DNA of 32,000 nt from Bacillus subtilis subsp. subtilis str. 168 (GTDB lineage Bacteria > Bacillota > Bacilli > Bacillales > Bacillaceae), in contig NC_000964.3 in assembly GCF_000009045.1 (NCBI RefSeq), forward strand, positions 3,930,001 through 3,962,000. Reading direction: 5' to 3'. Position 1 is the first letter of the stretch. Every line of letters starts with the position of its first letter. Shown here piece after piece: positions 29,845 through 32,000 of the stretch. The position numbers and the translations under genes were made by a program. Below the pieces are notes generated by a model. The model did no database searches, was not told where the DNA came from, and was given only the letters and a program-made list of their open reading frames with translations.

Positions 29845-30173
29845 ATGCTTGCTCCCCTTTGCTCGGTGATTTTTTCATATAACTCAATGATCTCTGCAGC
29901 CATATCCTTCACTGTCATTGCATTCATTAAATGATCCTGTGCATGAACCATCAGAAGCGTCATTTCCGTCTTTTCTCCGCCCGCTTCATTTTGGATCAGC
30001 TCTGTCTGATAATGATGGGCTTTTGACAATTCTTCAGCAGCGTCTTGAAGCTTTTTCCGCGCTTCTTCTGCGTCACCGCTTTTCGCAGCGGCAATGGCCT
30101 CCATTGCGGAGCTCCTACCGTTTCCTCCGTGAAGGATGATTTGAAAAATGATTTGTTCCATTTCCTCATTCAC
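29841..30173 (-). CDS. licA: PTS lichenan/cellobiose-type EIIA component
   Basis: 110 aa; [11 protein letters not shown] active-site histidine context; 4-nt overlap with licH; GTG start, alternative GTG at 30182. Confidence 0.93.
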   Translation of the reverse strand: MNEEMEQIIFQIILHGGNGRSSAMEAIAAAKSGDAEEARKKLQDAAEELSKAHHYQTELIQNEAGGEKTEMTLLMVHAQDHLMNAMTVKDMAAEIIELYEKITEQRGASI

Positions 30174-30191
30174 GCGATTCACTTCCTTTCT

Positions 30192-31550
30192 CTACAGAGC
30201 CGCTTCTTTGTCATCTGTTGCTGCAGGCGTTTGGACCAGCTCCAGATCGTTTTCTTCTTTCAGCTTCTGCTTATCCCACATTCTGAAGAATGGATAGTAG
30301 ACAACAAAGGACACGGCAATATTAATGGCTTGCATGACCGCGCCTGAGACTTTTCCTCCTGTCGCCAAGTAGCCTGAAAAGATCGGCGGCATGGTCCACG
30401 GCACTGCGATACCCGCCGGTTTGGCGACAAGGCCGGTGCTCATTCCGATGTACGTGAGTGTCACTGTGACAAGCGGCGTGATGATAAACGGAAGTAAGAG
30501 CATTGGGTTCATGACGATCGGCATTCCGAATATAATCGGTTCGTTAATATTGAAGATGGCCGGGCCGACCGCAAGCTTCCCGAGCTGCTTCATTTGTTTG
30601 CTTCGGGCGCGCAGGAACATCGTGACAACCAGTGCCAATGTGGCGCCGCTTCCGCCAATATTGACCCAGATATCGAAAAATTGCTGGGTGAAAATCTTAG
30701 GAAGCTCCTCACCGGCTTGGAATGCGATCCGGTTGGCATCCATTGCGCCGTACCAAATCGGTGCCATGACGCCGCCAACAATGTTTGCACCGTGAAGGCC
30801 GCAGGCCCATAAAAGCATTTTGACGGCTTCGGCGACAAGGCTTCCTCCAAGGCTTCCTCCCAGAATGGAAAGCGGAGTCCCCAATAAAACGCTTACAATA
30901 TTATGAAGGCTTTCAAACGGTGTCGCTTCAACAATCAGCCGGGCTGCCCAAATTAGGAAGATGACGGCAAAGCCGGGGATTAACGCGACAAATGACTTGC
31001 TTACCGCCGGCGGGACACCGTCCGGCATTTTGAAGACTAAATTGCGCTGGATAATAAGGCGGTAAATCTCTGTGGACACCATTGCGATAATCATGGCGAC
31101 AAATAAGCCTTTGCTTCCCATGAGCGAAAGCGGAATCCCGCCGCCAACCATGATTTCTTTCGTCGCGCCATCCGGCATAAACGGCACTTGATAAGGTGTT
31201 GCTAATAAAAATGCCGCAAGGGAAATGGCTCCGGCCGACAAGGCATCAACACCGTATTTCTCGGCGAGCCGGTAGGCAATGCCGAACGCGGCGACAAGAC
31301 CCATAATTTCAAAGGTCGCGTCGACTGGGTAGGCCAGTTTTTCAGACCAGGAGCTGCCAAACGTTTTTGCCATAAACTCAGCGTATCCCGGGATCGGGAG
31401 GTTGCCAATGATGAGGAAAAAGGAACCGATGATAATCAGGGGCATCGTGAGGATGATACCATCACGCAGCGCCTGCAAATGACGCTGTCCCGCAATTCTT
31501 CCCGCTATAGGCATGACCTTTTCTTCTAAGATCTGATTGACTTTATTCAC
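30192..31550 (-). CDS. licC: PTS lichenan/cellobiose-type EIIC permease
   Basis: 452 aa lactose/cellobiose-family EIIC; between licB and licA. Confidence 0.95.
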   Translation of the reverse strand: MNKVNQILEEKVMPIAGRIAGQRHLQALRDGIILTMPLIIIGSFFLIIGNLPIPGYAEFMAKTFGSSWSEKLAYPVDATFEIMGLVAAFGIAYRLAEKYGVDALSAGAISLAAFLLATPYQVPFMPDGATKEIMVGGGIPLSLMGSKGLFVAMIIAMVSTEIYRLIIQRNLVFKMPDGVPPAVSKSFVALIPGFAVIFLIWAARLIVEATPFESLHNIVSVLLGTPLSILGGSLGGSLVAEAVKMLLWACGLHGANIVGGVMAPIWYGAMDANRIAFQAGEELPKIFTQQFFDIWVNIGGSGATLALVVTMFLRARSKQMKQLGKLAVGPAIFNINEPIIFGMPIVMNPMLLLPFIITPLVTVTLTYIGMSTGLVAKPAGIAVPWTMPPIFSGYLATGGKVSGAVMQAINIAVSFVVYYPFFRMWDKQKLKEENDLELVQTPAATDDKEAAL

Positions 31551-31565
31551 ATAGCCCGCCCCTCT

Positions 31566-31874
31566 CTATGACACATGTCCAAGCTGTTCAGCTGATTTCA
31601 GCACTTCCGCCCCATTGCACGTTCCATAATGGACGGTATTAATGACGTCTACCGGAACCCCCTTTGACTCTCCTAATTTTTTGAGCTGCGGAAGCATGTA
31701 ACGGACTTGCGGACCGAGAAGCAATACATCCGCTTTATCGATATGATTTTGTACAGAATCGCCTGAAACTGCCCAAATGGTATAGTCTTTTCCCTGTTCC
31801 TGCGCACTTTTTTCCATCTTGCTCACCAGTAAGCTAGTAGACATGCCTGCTGCACAAACGAGTAATATATTCAT
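31566..31874 (-). CDS. licB: PTS lichenan/cellobiose-type EIIB component
   Basis: 102 aa; [21 protein letters not shown] active-site cysteine loop. Confidence 0.95.
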
Positions 31875-31936
31875 GTAAAAGACCCCCTAGAGTTTGATCA
31901 ATTTTGTAATGTCCTGCTGTTGCTATCATCATATTA

Positions 31937-31950
31937 TGAAATCGCTTTCA
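31937..31950. promoter_or_regulatory. cre site upstream of licB
   Basis: TGAAATCGCTTTCA matches the CcpA cre consensus. Confidence 0.85.
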
Positions 31951-31963
31951 TAAACACTCAGGG

Positions 31964-31988
31964 TTTTTCCGCAGGCAACGGAAAAAAG
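31964..31988. promoter_or_regulatory. Inverted repeat upstream of licBCAH (LicR site and/or upstream-gene terminator)
   Basis: TTTTTCCG-caggcaa-CGGAAAAAA palindrome close to the lic promoter region. Confidence 0.5.
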
Positions 31989-32000
31989 GTATATACAGGC

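Noticed and set aside
30391-30795. 134-aa plus-strand ORF opposite licC, with a near-matching 8557..8766 ORF opposite ywbA
   Set aside because: Both resemble each other only because licC and ywbA are paralogues; they are antisense shadows.

Overview
This window looks like an ordinary Bacillus subtilis-group chromosomal segment. I base that on recognised protein sequences and gene order, not on a database search. Order left to right: 5' part of an EfeU/YwbL-type iron permease (-) with a Fur box; ywbI-thiM-thiE (-); cidA/cidB-like ywbH-ywbG, ywbF and ywbE (+); ywbD (-); ywbC (+); ywbB and ywbA (-); epr (+); sacX-sacY (+) with an upstream RAT-like antiterminator element; gspA and ywaF (-); ywaE (+); tyrZ (+) with a T-box leader; ywaD (+); ywaC/sasA and menA (-); dltX-dltABCD-dltE (+); ilvK/ywaA (+); licB-licC-licA-licH (-) with a cre site. 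I found no transposon, prophage, CRISPR array, tRNA/rRNA, or convincing undescribed multigene system. The points most worth checking are the sacX leader, the Epr C-terminal repeats, the orphan PTS permease YwbA (paralogue of LicC), the regulator/thiamine gene arrangement ywbI-thiM-thiE, the dltX micro-ORF missing from the ORF track, and a few conserved genes of unknown function.
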